Source: Squalus acanthias (taxonomy: Eukaryota). From it: a stretch of 64,000 nucleotides of DNA. The position numbers and the translations under genes were made by a program. Location of the stretch: contig CM059432.1 of assembly GCA_030390025.1 (NCBI GenBank), positions 134,170,001 to 134,234,000 of the forward strand. Direction: 5' to 3'. Under the pieces are notes generated by a model. The model searched no databases. It was not told the origin of the DNA and worked only from the letters and a program-made list of their open reading frames with translations. Positions 10,898 through 24,200 of this stretch are shown piece by piece (within the stretch, counting starts at the first letter, position 1; each line of letters opens with the position of its first letter).

Positions 10898-13800
10898 CAC
10901 GTGTTGTATATCTGTGTTAAATACCAATGTTGTATATCTGTGTTAAATAAACTTGCTGTATATCTGTGTTAAATACAATTGTTGTATATCTGTGTTAAAT
11001 ACCCATGTTGTATGTCTGTGTTAAATACCCATGTTGTATATCTGTGTTAAATGAACTTGTTGTATATCTGTGTTAAATACCCCTGTTGTATATCTGTGTT
11101 AAATACACATGCTCTATATCTGTGTTCAATAAACTTGCTGTATATCTGTGTTAAATACCCATGTTGTAGAACTATGTTCAATACCCATGTTGTATATCTG
11201 TGTCAAATATACTTTTTGTATATCTGTGATAAATACACGTGTTGTATATCTGTATTAAATGCACTTGCTGTATAGTTGTGTGAAATACCCATGCTGTATA
11301 TCTGTGTTAAATGCAATTTCTGTTTATCTGTGTTAAATACGCATGTTGTATGTCTGTGTTAAATACCCATGATGTATATCTGTGTTAAATACCCATACTT
11401 TATATCTGAGTTAAATGCAATTGCTGTATATCTGTGTTAAATACCCATGTTGTATATCTGCGTTAAATACCTATGTTGTATATCTGTGTTAAATACCCAT
11501 ACTTTATATCTGAGTTAAATGCAATTGCTGTTTATCTGTGTTAAATACCCATGTTGTATGTCTGTGTTAAATACCCATGATGTATATCTGTGTTAAATAC
11601 CCATGTTGTATGTCTGTGTTAAATACCCATGATGTATATCTGTGTTAAATACCCATAATTTAGATCTGTGTTAAATGAAATTGCTGTATATCTGTGTTAA
11701 ATACCCATGTTGTATATCTGCGTTAAATACCCATGATGTATATCTGTGTTAAATACACTTGCTGTATATCTGTGTTAATTACCCATGTTGAATATCTATG
11801 TTAAATGCAATTGCTGTATATCTGTGTTAAATGCCCATGTTGTATATCTGTGTTAAATGCCTATGTTGTATATCTGTGTTAAATACCCATACTTTATATC
11901 TGAGTTAAATGCAATTGCTGTATATCTGTGTTAAATACCCAAGTTGTATGTCTGTGTTAAATACCTATGTTGTATATCTGTGTTAAATACCCATACTTTA
12001 TATCTGAGTTAAATGCAATTTCTGTTTATCTGTGTTAAATACCCATGTTGTATGTCTGTGTTAAATAACCATGATGTATATCTGTGTTAAATGCCCAAGC
12101 TGTATATCTGTATTAATTACCCATGTTGAATATCTATGTTAAATGCAATTGCTGTATATCTGTGTTAAATGCCCATGTTGTATATCTGTGTTAAATGCAC
12201 TTGTTGTATATCTGTGTTAAACACCCCTGTTGTATATCTGTGTTCAATACACATGCTCTATATCTGTATTAAATAAATTTGCTGTATATCTGTGTTAAAT
12301 ACCCATGTTGTATACCTCTGTTAAATACCCATGCTGCATATCTGTGTTAAATACACTTGCTGTATATCTCAGTTAAATGCAATTGTTGTATATCTGCATT
12401 AAATACCATGCTGTATATCTGTGTTAAATACACCTCCTGTATATCTGTGTTAAATACCCATGCTGTATACCTGTGTTAAATACCCATGCTGTATATCTGT
12501 GTTAAATACACTTGCTGTATATCTGTGTTAAATACACTTGCTGTATATCTCAGTTAAATGCAATTGTTGTATAAATGCATTAAATACCCATGCTGTATAT
12601 CTGTGTTAAATACACCTCCTGTATATCTGTGTTAAATACCCATGCTGTATACCTGTGTTAAATACCCATGCTGTATATCTGTGTTAAATACACTTGCTGT
12701 ATATCTGTGTTAAATGCACTTGTATATCTGTGTCAAAAACACTTGTTGTATATCTGTGAGAAATACACGTGTTGTATATCTGTGTTAAATGCACTTGCTG
12801 TATATTTGTGTGAAATACCCATGTTGTATATCTGTGTTAAATACCAATGTTGCATATCATTGTTAAATACCCATGCTGTATATCTGTGTTAAATGCAATT
12901 TCTGTTTATCTGTGTTAAATACCCATGTTGTATGTCTGTGTTAAATACCCATGTTGTATATCTGTGTTAAATACCCATGCTGTATATCTGTATTAATTAC
13001 CCATGTTGAATATCTATGTTAAATGCAATTGCTGTATATCTGTGCTAAATACCCATGTTGTATATCTGTGTTAAATAAACTTGTTGCATATCTGTGTTAA
13101 ATGCACTTGTTATATATCTGTTTTAAATACTCTTGTTCTATATCTGTGTTAAATGCACATGTTTTATATCTGTGTTAAACGTACTTGATGTATATCTGTG
13201 GTCAATACATATGTTGTATATATGTGTTAAATACACTTGTTGTATATCTGTGCTAAATACACTTGTTGTATATCTGTGCTAAATTCACCTGTTGTATATC
13301 TGTGTTCAATGAAGTTGTTGTATATCTGTGTTAAATTCACCTCTTGTATATCTGTGTTAAATACACCTGTTGTATAACTGTGTTAAATAAACATGTTGTA
13401 TATCTGTGTTAAATAAACCTGTTGTATATCTGTGCTAAATTCACCTGTTGCATAACTGTGTCAAATGCACTTGTTGTATATCTGTGTTAAATACCCAAGT
13501 GTTATATCTGTGTTAAATACCCTTGTTATATATCTGTGTTAAATACACTTGTTGTATATTTGTGCTAAATTACCTTGTTGCATATCTATGCTAAATAAAT
13601 CTGTTGTATATCTGTGTTCAATACAATTGTTTTATATCGCTGTTAAATACACCAGTTGTATATCTGTGTTAAATGCACTTAATGTATATCTGTGTTAAAT
13701 ACTCCTGTTGCATATCTGTGTTAAATGCCTGTGTTCAATGACTGTGCTAAATACATATGTTGTATATCTGTGTTAAATGCATTTGCTGTATATCTGTATT

Positions 13801-16800
13801 AAATACCCATTTTGTATATCTGTGTTCAATACATTTATTGTATATCTATGCTAAGTACACCTGTTGTATATCTGTGTTCAATACACTTGTATATCTGTGC
13901 TAAATACACATGTTGTATCTCTGTGTTAAATACACATGTTGTATATCTGTGTTAAATACACCTGTTGTATATCTGTGTTAAATACCCCTGTTGTATATCT
14001 GTGTTAAATAAACCTGTTACGTATCTGAGTTAAATACACCTGATGTATATTTGTGTTCAATACACTTGTTGTATCTCTGTGCTAAATACACATGTTGTAT
14101 ATCTGTGTTAAATACACCTGTTGCATACCTGTGTTAAATACCCATGTTGTATATCTGTGTTAAATACAGTTGTTTTATATCTGTGTTAAATGCACGTGAT
14201 GTATATCTGTGTTATATACACCTGTTGTACATCTGTGTTATATACCCATGTTGTATATCTATGTTAAATACACTTGTTGTATATCTGTGTTAAATGCACT
14301 TGTAGTATATCTGTGTTCAATGCACTTGTTGCATATCTATGCTAAATAAATCTGTTGATTATCTGTGTTCAATAAAATTGTTTTATGTCTGTGTTAAATA
14401 AACATGTTGTATAGCGGTGTTAAATACACCTGTTATATATCTGTGTTAAATACACTTGTTGTATACCTGTGCTAATTACCCATGTTGTATATCTGTGTTA
14501 AATACACCTGTTGTATATTTGTTTTAAATACCCATTTTGTATATCTGTGTTCAATACACATATTGTATGTCTATGCTAAATACACTTGATGTATATCTGT
14601 TTTAAATCCACTTTTGTATATCTGTTTTAAATCCACTTTTGTATATCAGTTTTAAATCCACTTGTTGTATATCTGTGTTAAATGCACTTGTTGTATATCT
14701 GTGTTAAATGCACTTGTTGTATATCTGTGTTCAATACGATTGTTGTACATCTGTGTTAAATAGCCATGTTGTATATCTATGTTAAATACACTTGCTGTAT
14801 ATCTGTATTAAATACACCTGTTGTGTATCTGTGAAAAAATACCAATTTTGTATATCTATGTTCAATACACATATTGTATATCTTTGATAAATACACTTGT
14901 TGTATATCTGTGTTCATTACACTTGTTGTATATCTGTGTTAAATACACATGTTGTATATCTGTGTTAAATACACCTGTTGTATGTCTGTGTTAAATACAC
15001 CTGTTATATATCTGTGTTAAATACACCTCTTGTATGTCTGTGTTAAATACACCTGTTATATATCTGTGTTAAGTACACCTGTTGTATATTTATGTTAAAT
15101 ACACCTGCTGTATACCTGGGTTATATAACCATATTGTATATCTGTGTTAAATATACTTGTAGTATATCTGTGTTAAATACACCTTTTGTATATCTGTGTT
15201 AAATACCCCTGTTGTATAGCTGTGTTAAATACACCTGTTGTATATCTGTGCTAAATACCCCTGTTGTATATCTGTGTTAAATACCCCTGTTGTATAGCTG
15301 TGTTAAATACACCTGTTGTATATCTGTGCTAAATACCCCTGTTGTATATCTGTGTTAAATACACCTTTTGTATATCTGTGTTAAATACCCCTGTTGTATA
15401 GCTGTGTTAAATACACCTGTTGTATATCTGTGCTAAATACCCCTGTTGTATATCTGTGTTAAATACCCCTGTTGTATAGCTGTGTTAAATACACCTGTTG
15501 TATATCTGTGCTAAATACCCCTGTTGTATATCTGTGTTAAATACACCTTTTGTATATCTGTGCTAAATACCCCTGTTGTATATCTGTGTTAAATACCCCT
15601 GTTGTATAGCTGTGTTAAATACACCTGTTGTATATCTGTGCTAAATACCCCTGTTGTATATCTGTGTTAAATACACCTGTTGTATATCTGTGTTAAATAC
15701 ACCTGTTATATATCTGTGTTAAGTTCACCTGTTGTATATTTGTGTTAAATACATCTGTTGTATACCTGAGTTAAATAACCATGTTATATATCTGTGTTAA
15801 ATACCCATGTTGTATATCTGTGTTAAATATACTTGTTGTATATCTGTGTGAAATACACCTGTTGTATATCTTTGTTAAATACCCCTGTTGTATATTTGTG
15901 TTAAATACACATGTTGTGTATTTGTGTTAAATACACCTGTTGTATATCTGTGTTAAATACACCTGTTGTATATCTATGTTAAATACCCATGTTGTCTATC
16001 TGTGTTCAATACACATGTTGTAGATCTGCGTTAAATACACCTGCTGTATATCTGTGTTAAATACGCTTCCTGTATATTTGTGTTAAAAACAACTGTTGTA
16101 TATCTGTGTTAAATACCCATGTTGTATACCTGTTAAATACTCATGTTGTATATCTGTTTTAAATGGACCTGTTGTATATCTGTGTTAAATGCACTTTTTT
16201 ATATCTGTTTTAAATCCACTTGTTGTTAAATATCAATGTTGTATATCTGTGTTCAATACGCTTGTTGTATATCTGTGTTAAATACACCTGTTGCATATTT
16301 GTGTTAAATACACCTGTTGTTTACCTGTGTTTAATACCCATGTTGTCTATTAGTGTTAAATAACCATGTTGTAAATCTGTGTTAAATACACATATTGTAT
16401 ATCTGTGTTAAATACACCTGTTGTATATCTGTGTTAAATACACCTGCTGTATATCTGTGTTAAATACGCATGCTGTATATTTGTGTTAAAACAACTGTTG
16501 TATATCTGTGTTAAATACCCATGTTGTATACCTGTTAAATACCCATGTTGTATATCTGTTTTAAATGGACCTGTTGTATATCTGTGTTAAATGCACTTTT
16601 TTATATCTGTTTTAAATCCACTTGTTGTACAAATGTGTTACATACCCATGTTGTATATCTATGTTAAATACACTTGTTGTATATCTGTGCTAAATGAACT
16701 TGTTGCATATCTATGCTGAATAAATCTGTTGTATATCTGTGTTCAATACAATTGTTTTATATCGCTGTTAAATACACCAGTTTATATCTGTGTTAAATGC

Positions 16801-17497
16801 ACTTAATGTATATATGTGTTAAATACTCCTGTTGCATATCTGTGTTAAATGCCTGTGTTCAATGTCTGTGCTAAATACATATGTTGTATATCTGTGTTAA
16901 ATGCATTTGCTGTATATCTGTATTAAATACCCATTTTGTATATCTGTGTTCAATACACTTATTGTATATCTATGCTAAGTACACCTGTTGTATATCTGTG
17001 TTCAATACACTTGTTGTATATCTGTGCTAAATACACATGTTGTATATCTGTGTTAAATACACCTGTTCCATACCTGTGTTAAATACCCATGTTGTATATC
17101 TGTGTTAAATACAGTTGTTTTATATCTGTGTTAAATGCACGTGATGTATATCTGTGTTATATACACCTGTTGTACATCTGTGTTATATACCCATGTTGTA
17201 TATCTATGTTAAATACACTTGTTGTATATCTGTGTTAAATGCACTTGTTGTATATCTGTGTTAAATGCACTTGTTGCATATCTATGCTAAATAAATCTGT
17301 TGATTATCTGTGTTCAATACAATTGTTTTATGTCTGTGTTAAATAAACATGTTGTATAGCGGTGTTAAATACACCTGTTATATATCTGTGTTAAATAGAC
17401 ATGTTGTACACCTGTGTTAAATATACCTGTTCTATATTTGTGTTAAATACACTTGTTGCATATCTGTGTAAAATACACTTGTTGAATGTCTGTGTTA

Positions 17498-18231
17498 AAA
17501 TTAGTCTTAGTACGCGAGATTACGCACTGTGTACTCTCGCGTATTCTGTCTCCAATTGCCGGTTTTCTGCATGCACTGCGCATGCGCTGAAAACCGGCAC
17601 TTGGTGAACTCAAAAGGGGGCGGTTCCTAGGTGAACCGCGTGCGCGTTACAGGCTGCGCGCACGCAGTGCACTTCGTGCTTTGAACGCGCAGGTAAGCAT
17701 GGAAGATTTTGCACATAAAGAAAGGAGCGTAAGACCCTCTTTTAACAAGGTAAGTAGTTAATTAAGTATTATTTTACATTTTTTTCAACAGGTTTATCTT
17801 TTTTGAGACTTTAAAGAAAGGTAAGTTTATTTTTATAACTTTTAAAAAGATTTTAAATTTTTTCAAAAGTTTAATTTTTTGTTTAAAGTGGTTAATTTAT
17901 TTAACTATACTTATTTTATTAATGTGATGGTTTTAAAAAAAAATTAATTGAGGTTTAGCTGTTCTTTTGGGGGGGTATAGATTCATAGCTTTGACAGCCC
18001 TTGCTGTCAAAACTATGAATGAAAGATGGTGTGCTGCTATTGGCTCTAACTGAATCACGTGATCCCACAGCTCGCACGAATTAACTGCGTCTGTGGGATA
18101 CGCACACACTGCACAGCTGCAGCCTTGAAACTAAAGTTCGTGTGAGCTCGGAAGGAAAAGGCAGGCGCGCAGTGAGATATCGCGGGGAAGCCTTACCCCC
18201 GCAGGAAGGCTCCGTCTTTAATTTCAGGGCC
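17498..18231 (+). mobile_element. Harbinger-like MITE (family shared with 20902 and 21248), left TIR mostly lost
   Basis: Right TIR AATTTCAGGGCC; only AAATT remains on the left. Collinear with 21248-22004 (TACGCACTGTGTACTC hairpin, GCCGGTTTT..AAAACCGGC hairpin, AT-rich core, TTTGACAG..CTGTCAAA hairpin). Confidence 0.75.
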
Positions 18232-20901
18232 ATTGTATATCTGTGTTAAATAGACATGTTGTACTTCTGTTCAAAGTACACATGTTAAATACACCAGTTG
18301 TATATCTGAGCTAAATACCCATGTTGTCTATCTGTGCTAAATAAACCTGTTGTATATCTGTGTTAAATACACCTGTTGTATATCTGTTTTAAATACCCAT
18401 TTTGTATATCTGTGTTCAATACACATATTGTATATCTATGCTAAATACACCTGTTGTACATCTGTTTTCAATACACTTGTTGTATATCTGTTTTAAATCC
18501 ACTTGTTGTATATCTGTTTTAAATCCACTTGTTGTATATCTGTGTTAAATGCACTTGTTGTATATCTGTGTTAAATACACCTGTTGTATATCTGTGCTAA
18601 ATACCTATTTTGTATATCTATGTTCAACACACATATTGTATATCTATGCTAAATACAGTTGTTGTATATCTGTGTTCAATACACCTGTTGTATATCTGTG
18701 TTAAATACACCTGTTGTATATCTGTGTTAAATACAGCTGTTATATATCTGTGTTAAGTACCCCTGTTGTATATTTGTGTTAAATACCCATGTTGTATATC
18801 AGTGTTAAATATACTTGTTGTATATCTGTGTTGAATACACCTGTTGTATATCTGTGTCAAATACCCCTGTTGTATATCTGTGTTAAATACACATGTTGCA
18901 TATTTGTGTTAAATATACCTGTTGTATATCTGTGTTAAATACCCATGTTGTATATCTATGTTAAATACCCATGTTGTATAGCTGTGTTAAATAACCATGT
19001 TGTATATCTGTGTTTAATACCCATGTTGTATATCTGTGTTAAATAACCATGTTGTATATCTGTGTTAAATACACATGTTGTATATCTGTGTTATATACAC
19101 CTGTTGCATATCTGTGTTAAATACCCATGTTGTATACCTATGTTAAATACCCATGCTGTATATCTGTTTTAAATGGACATGTTGTATATCTGTGTTAAAT
19201 ACTCCAGTTGTATATCTGTGTTAAATGCACCTGTTGTATATCGGTGTTAAATACCCTGGTTGTATCTCTGTGTTCAATACACTTGTTGTATATCTGTGTT
19301 AAATACACATGCTGTATATCTGTGTTAAATACACATGTTTTATATCTGTGTTGAATACACCTGTTTTATATCAGTGCAAAATAAACCTGATGTATATCTG
19401 TGTTCAAGACACTTGTTGTATATCTTTGTTAAATACACCTGTTGTATATCTGAGTTAAATACACCTGATGTATATTTGTGTTAAATACACTTGTTGTATA
19501 TCTGTGTTAAATACCCATGTTGTATATCTGTGTTAAATACACATGTTGTATATCTGTGTTAAATACGCCAGTTCTATATCTGTGTTCAATACACTAGTTG
19601 TATATCTGTGGTAAATACAAAATTTTGTATATCTGTGTTAAATACACCTGTTGTATTTCTCTGATAATCCCAAGATGTATAACTGTGTTCAATACGCTTG
19701 TTGCATATCTGTGTTAAATAGGTATGTTGTATATCTGTGTTAAATACACTTGTTGTATATCTATGTTAAATGCACGTGTTGTATATCTGTGTTAAATACA
19801 CCTGTTGTATATCTGTGTTCAATACAATTCTTCTATATCTATGCTAAACAAACCTGTTGTTTATTTGTGTTCAACACAATTGTTGTATATCTGTGTTAAA
19901 TGCACCTGTTGTATATCTGTGTTAAATACACTTGTTGTATATCTGTGTTAAATACACCTGTTGTATTTCGGTGTGAAATAAACCTGTTGTATATCTGTGT
20001 TCAAGACACTTGTTGTATATCTGTGTTAACTACACGTGCTGTATATCTGTGTTAACTACACCTGTTGTATCTCTGTGATAAATCCCATGTTGTATATCTT
20101 TGTTCAATACAATTGCTGTATATCTGTATTAAATACACATGCTGTATATCTGTGCTAAATTCACCTTTTGTATATCTGTGTTAAAAACCCATGTTTTATA
20201 TCTGTGTTAAATGCACCTGTAGTATATCTGTGTTAAATAACCATGTTATACATTTGTGTTCAATAAACTTGTTGTATATCTATGCTAAATAAACCTGTTG
20301 TATATCTGTGTTCAATACATTTGTTGTATATCTGTGTTAAATACACATGTTGTATATCTGTGTTAAATACCCATGTTGTATATCTGTGTTCAATACAATT
20401 CTTCTATATCTATGTTAAATACACCTGTTGTATATTTGTGTTAAGTACACATGTGGTATATCTGTGTTAAATACCCATGTTCTACATCTGTGTTAAATAA
20501 CCATGTTGTATATCTGTGTTAAATAAACCTGTTGTATATCTGTGTTAAATACACCTGTTGTATATCTGTGTTAAATACATTGCTGTATATCTGTGTTAAA
20601 TACACTTGTTGTATATCTGTGTTAAATATATATTTTGTATATTTAAGTTAAATACACATGTTGTATATCTGTGTTAAAAACACCTGTTGTATATCTGTGT
20701 TAAATGCACCTGTTGTATATATGTGTTAAATACAGCTGCTGTATATCTGTGTTAAATATACCTGTTCAATATTTGTGTTAAATGCACCTGTTGTATATCT
20801 GTGTTAAATACACGTTTTGCCTTTCTATGTTAAATACACCTGTTGTATATCTGTGTTAAATACACATTTTGTACATCTATGTTAAATACACTTGTTGTAA
20901 A

Positions 20902-22409
20902 GGCCTATATTTTCTGATCGCAGGCCTCCCGCGGGTGGAGGCCTGTGATCATGAAAAATCTACACCCTTACCTGTGGGCTCCCGGGAAGCACACAATTCC
21001 GCTCCTGGGCCTCTCCAAACCTGAAGTGCACAGGGCCAAGTATCCCAGAGGCGCATGCAGTTCGCAGCGTCCCTGGGATCACGTGGGCCTTGGGGAGCCA
21101 ATCACAGAAGGGAATCTCCCTTCATACATTTGACAGCACGACCTGTCAAATATATGCATGGAGATCACCCCAAAACCATAGTAAAACTTTAAGTAAATTT
21201 TTTAAAAAATCACATTTTTAAAATGACTTGAAATCACAATAAATTAAGGGCCAGAAATTCGGCTCTTGTCGGGTGAGTACGCACTGTGTACTCACCCGTA
21301 AGGCCACCTGAAGTGCCGGTTTCCTGCATGCACTGCGCATGTGCAGGAAACCGGAACTTCCGTTCCCCTGAAGGAAGGGTTTCAGATGTCGAACGCGTGC
21401 GCGGGAGAGGCTGTGCGCACGTTGCAAACTTCGTTTTTTTCAGGTTTCTCCGGGAGGGTAAGTATGGAGAAGCTGCACTTTTAAAAAGGAGACGCAAGGC
21501 CTGTTTTTAACAAGTAAGTGGTTAATTAATTACAATTTAAAAAAATTTCAACAGGTTTATCTTTTTTAGATACTTTAAAGAAAGGTAAGTTTATTTTTAG
21601 CACCGTTAAAAAGTATAATTAATTTTTTCAAAAATTTAAATTTTTGTTTAAAGTAGTTAATTTATGTAACTTATAGTTATTTTAAAAATGTGATTTAAAA
21701 AAAAATTATTTGAAGTTTAAGTGTGGTTTTGGGGCCGATCTCTATTCATAGATTTGACAGGTCATCCTGTCAAATCTATGAATGAAAATGCCCTGTTAGG
21801 ATTGGCTCTCCATGGCCCACGTGATACCAGGGGACGCTTTGAACTAACTGCGCCCCTGGGATACGCAAGCACTGCATGCCGGCAGCTGGAGGAGGCCCAG
21901 GAGCTGAAGTCCTCGTGGGCCCAAAGTACAACGGCAGGCGCGCTAGGCAAGTACGCGCACGATGCTTGCACCCGCAGGAAGCCGGAAAGCTGAATTTCTG
22001 GCCCTTATTTTAAACAAAACTTTAATTTTTTGACAAAAAAATTAAAGTTCTTTACGGGGCAAAAATAAACTTACCTTTTTTAAAAGTATTTTTAAATGAC
22101 AAATCAGTGAATTTTTTTTTTTACTTTTTTGAACTCTTATCCTTGTAAAAGGAGGCCTTATGCCATCTTTTACCAGGCGTAAGAATTGTAAGAGTTTTCT
22201 GCGGGCGGAGGGTCTACAAAAAGTGGAACAATCCGCCTGCAGATTCCCTTCTCCAGGGCAGCCGGAGGATCTGTCAAGACCATTCCTCACAGATAGGAAA
22301 TGCCGGTTTTCAGCGCATGCGCTGTGCATGCCTGAAACCGACATTTCCGATGTCCCTACGGGTGGGTACAGAGCACGTACCCATCCGTAGGGATTGGAAT
22401 ATCTGGGCC
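20902..22409 (-). mobile_element. Harbinger-like MITE (outer, older copy) split by a nested relative
   Basis: Imperfect TIRs GGCCTATATTTT / AATATCTGGGCC; the halves 20902-21247 and 22005-22409 join into a reverse-orientation homologue of the inner element. Confidence 0.72.
21248..22004 (+). mobile_element. Harbinger-like MITE (inner, 757 bp) with a perfect 13-bp TIR
   Basis: GGGCCAGAAATTC at 21248 and GAATTTCTGGCCC ending at 22004 (16/17 if extended); flanks TAA and TTA. Confidence 0.85.
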
Positions 22410-22680
22410 AATGTTGTATATCTGCATTCAATACACTTGTTCTATATCTGTGTTAAAAGCAATTGTGTATATCAGTGTTAAATGCACTTGTTGTATATCT
22501 GTGTTAAATACACCTGTTGTACCTCTGTGAAAAAATCCCATGCAGTATATCTGTGTTCATTACACTTGTTGTATATCTGTATTAAATACAAATGTTGTAC
22601 ATCTGTGCTAAATACACCTGTTGTATATCTGTGTTAAATAAACTTGTTGTATATCTGTGTTAAATACATTTGTTGTATAT

Positions 22681-24200
22681 CTGTGTTAAATACACATGTT
22701 GTATATCTGTGTTAAATGCATGTGTTGTATATCTGTCTTAAATACACTTGTATATCTATGTTAAATGCACTTCTGGTATATCTGTGTTAAATAAACTTGT
22801 TGTATATCTGTGTTAAATACCCATGTTGTATATCTGTGTTAAATGCACTTGTTGTATATCTGTGTTCAATAAACTTATTGTACATTTGTGTTAAATGCAT
22901 TTGTTGTATATATGTGTTAAATGCAGATTTTGTATAGTTGTGTTAAATACCCATGTTGTGTAGCTGTGCTAAATACACATGTTGTATATCTGTGTTAAAT
23001 GCACCTGTTGTATATCTGTGTTAAATACACCTGTTGTATATTTGTGTTAAAACACCTGTTGTATATCTGTGATAAAAACACATGTTATATATCTGTGTTA
23101 AATATCCATATTGTATATCTGTATTAAATACACCTGTTGTCTATCTGTGTTCAATATACTTGTTGTATGTCTGTGTTAAACGCATGTGTTGTCTATCTGT
23201 GGTAAATACACCTGTTTCATATCTCTGTTAAAAGCACTTGTTGTATATCTGTGTTAAATGCACTTGTTGTATATCGGTGTTAAATACATGTGTTGTATAT
23301 CTGTGTTAAATACACATGTTGTTTTTCTGTGTTAAATGCATGTGTTGTATATCTGTCTTAAATACACTTGTATATCTATGTTAAATGCACTTCTGGTATA
23401 TCTGTGTTAAATAAACTTGTTGTATATCTGTGTTAAATACCCATGTTGTATATCTGTGTTAAATGCACTTGTTGTATATCTGTGTTCAATAAACTTATTG
23501 TACATTTGTGTTAAATGCATTTGTTGTATATATGTGTTAAATGCAGATTTTGTATAGTTGTGTTAAATACCCATGTTGTGTAGCTGTGCTAAATACACAT
23601 GTTGTATATCTGTGTTAAATGCACCTGTTGTATATCTGTGTTAAATACACCTGTTGTATATTTGTGTTAAAACACCTGTTGTATATCTGTGATAAAAACA
23701 CATGTTATATATCTGTGTTAAATATCCATATTGTATATCTGTATTAAATACACCTGTTGTCTATCTGTGTTCAATATACTTGTTGTATGTCTGTGTTAAA
23801 CGCATGTGTTGTCTATCTGTGGTAAATACACCTGTTTCATATCTCTGTTAAAAGCACTTGTTGTATATCTGTGTTAAATGCACTTGTTGTATATCGGTGT
23901 TAAATACATGTGTTGTATATCTGTGTTAAATACACATGTTGTTTTTCTGTGTTAAATGCATGTGTTGTATATCTGTCTTAAATACACTTGTATATCTATG
24001 TTAAATGCACTTCTGGTATATCTGTGTTAAATAAACTTGTTGTATATCTGTGTTAAATACCCATGTTGTATATCTGTGTTAAATGCACTTGTTGTATATC
24101 TGTGTTCAATAAACTTATTGTACATTTGTGTTAAATGCATTTGTTGTATATATGTGTTAAATGCAGATTTTGTATAGTTGTGTTCAATAGACCTGTTGTA
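22681..24200 (+). repeat. 620-bp higher-order repeat (~24 monomers), about 2.5 near-identical copies
   Basis: Rare variant TTCTGGTATA at 22771, 23391 and 24011, with the same intervening variant order. Confidence 0.85.

Noticed and set aside
20945..22431. Short ORFs in the nested MITEs
   Set aside because: Not conserved between the three homologous copies.
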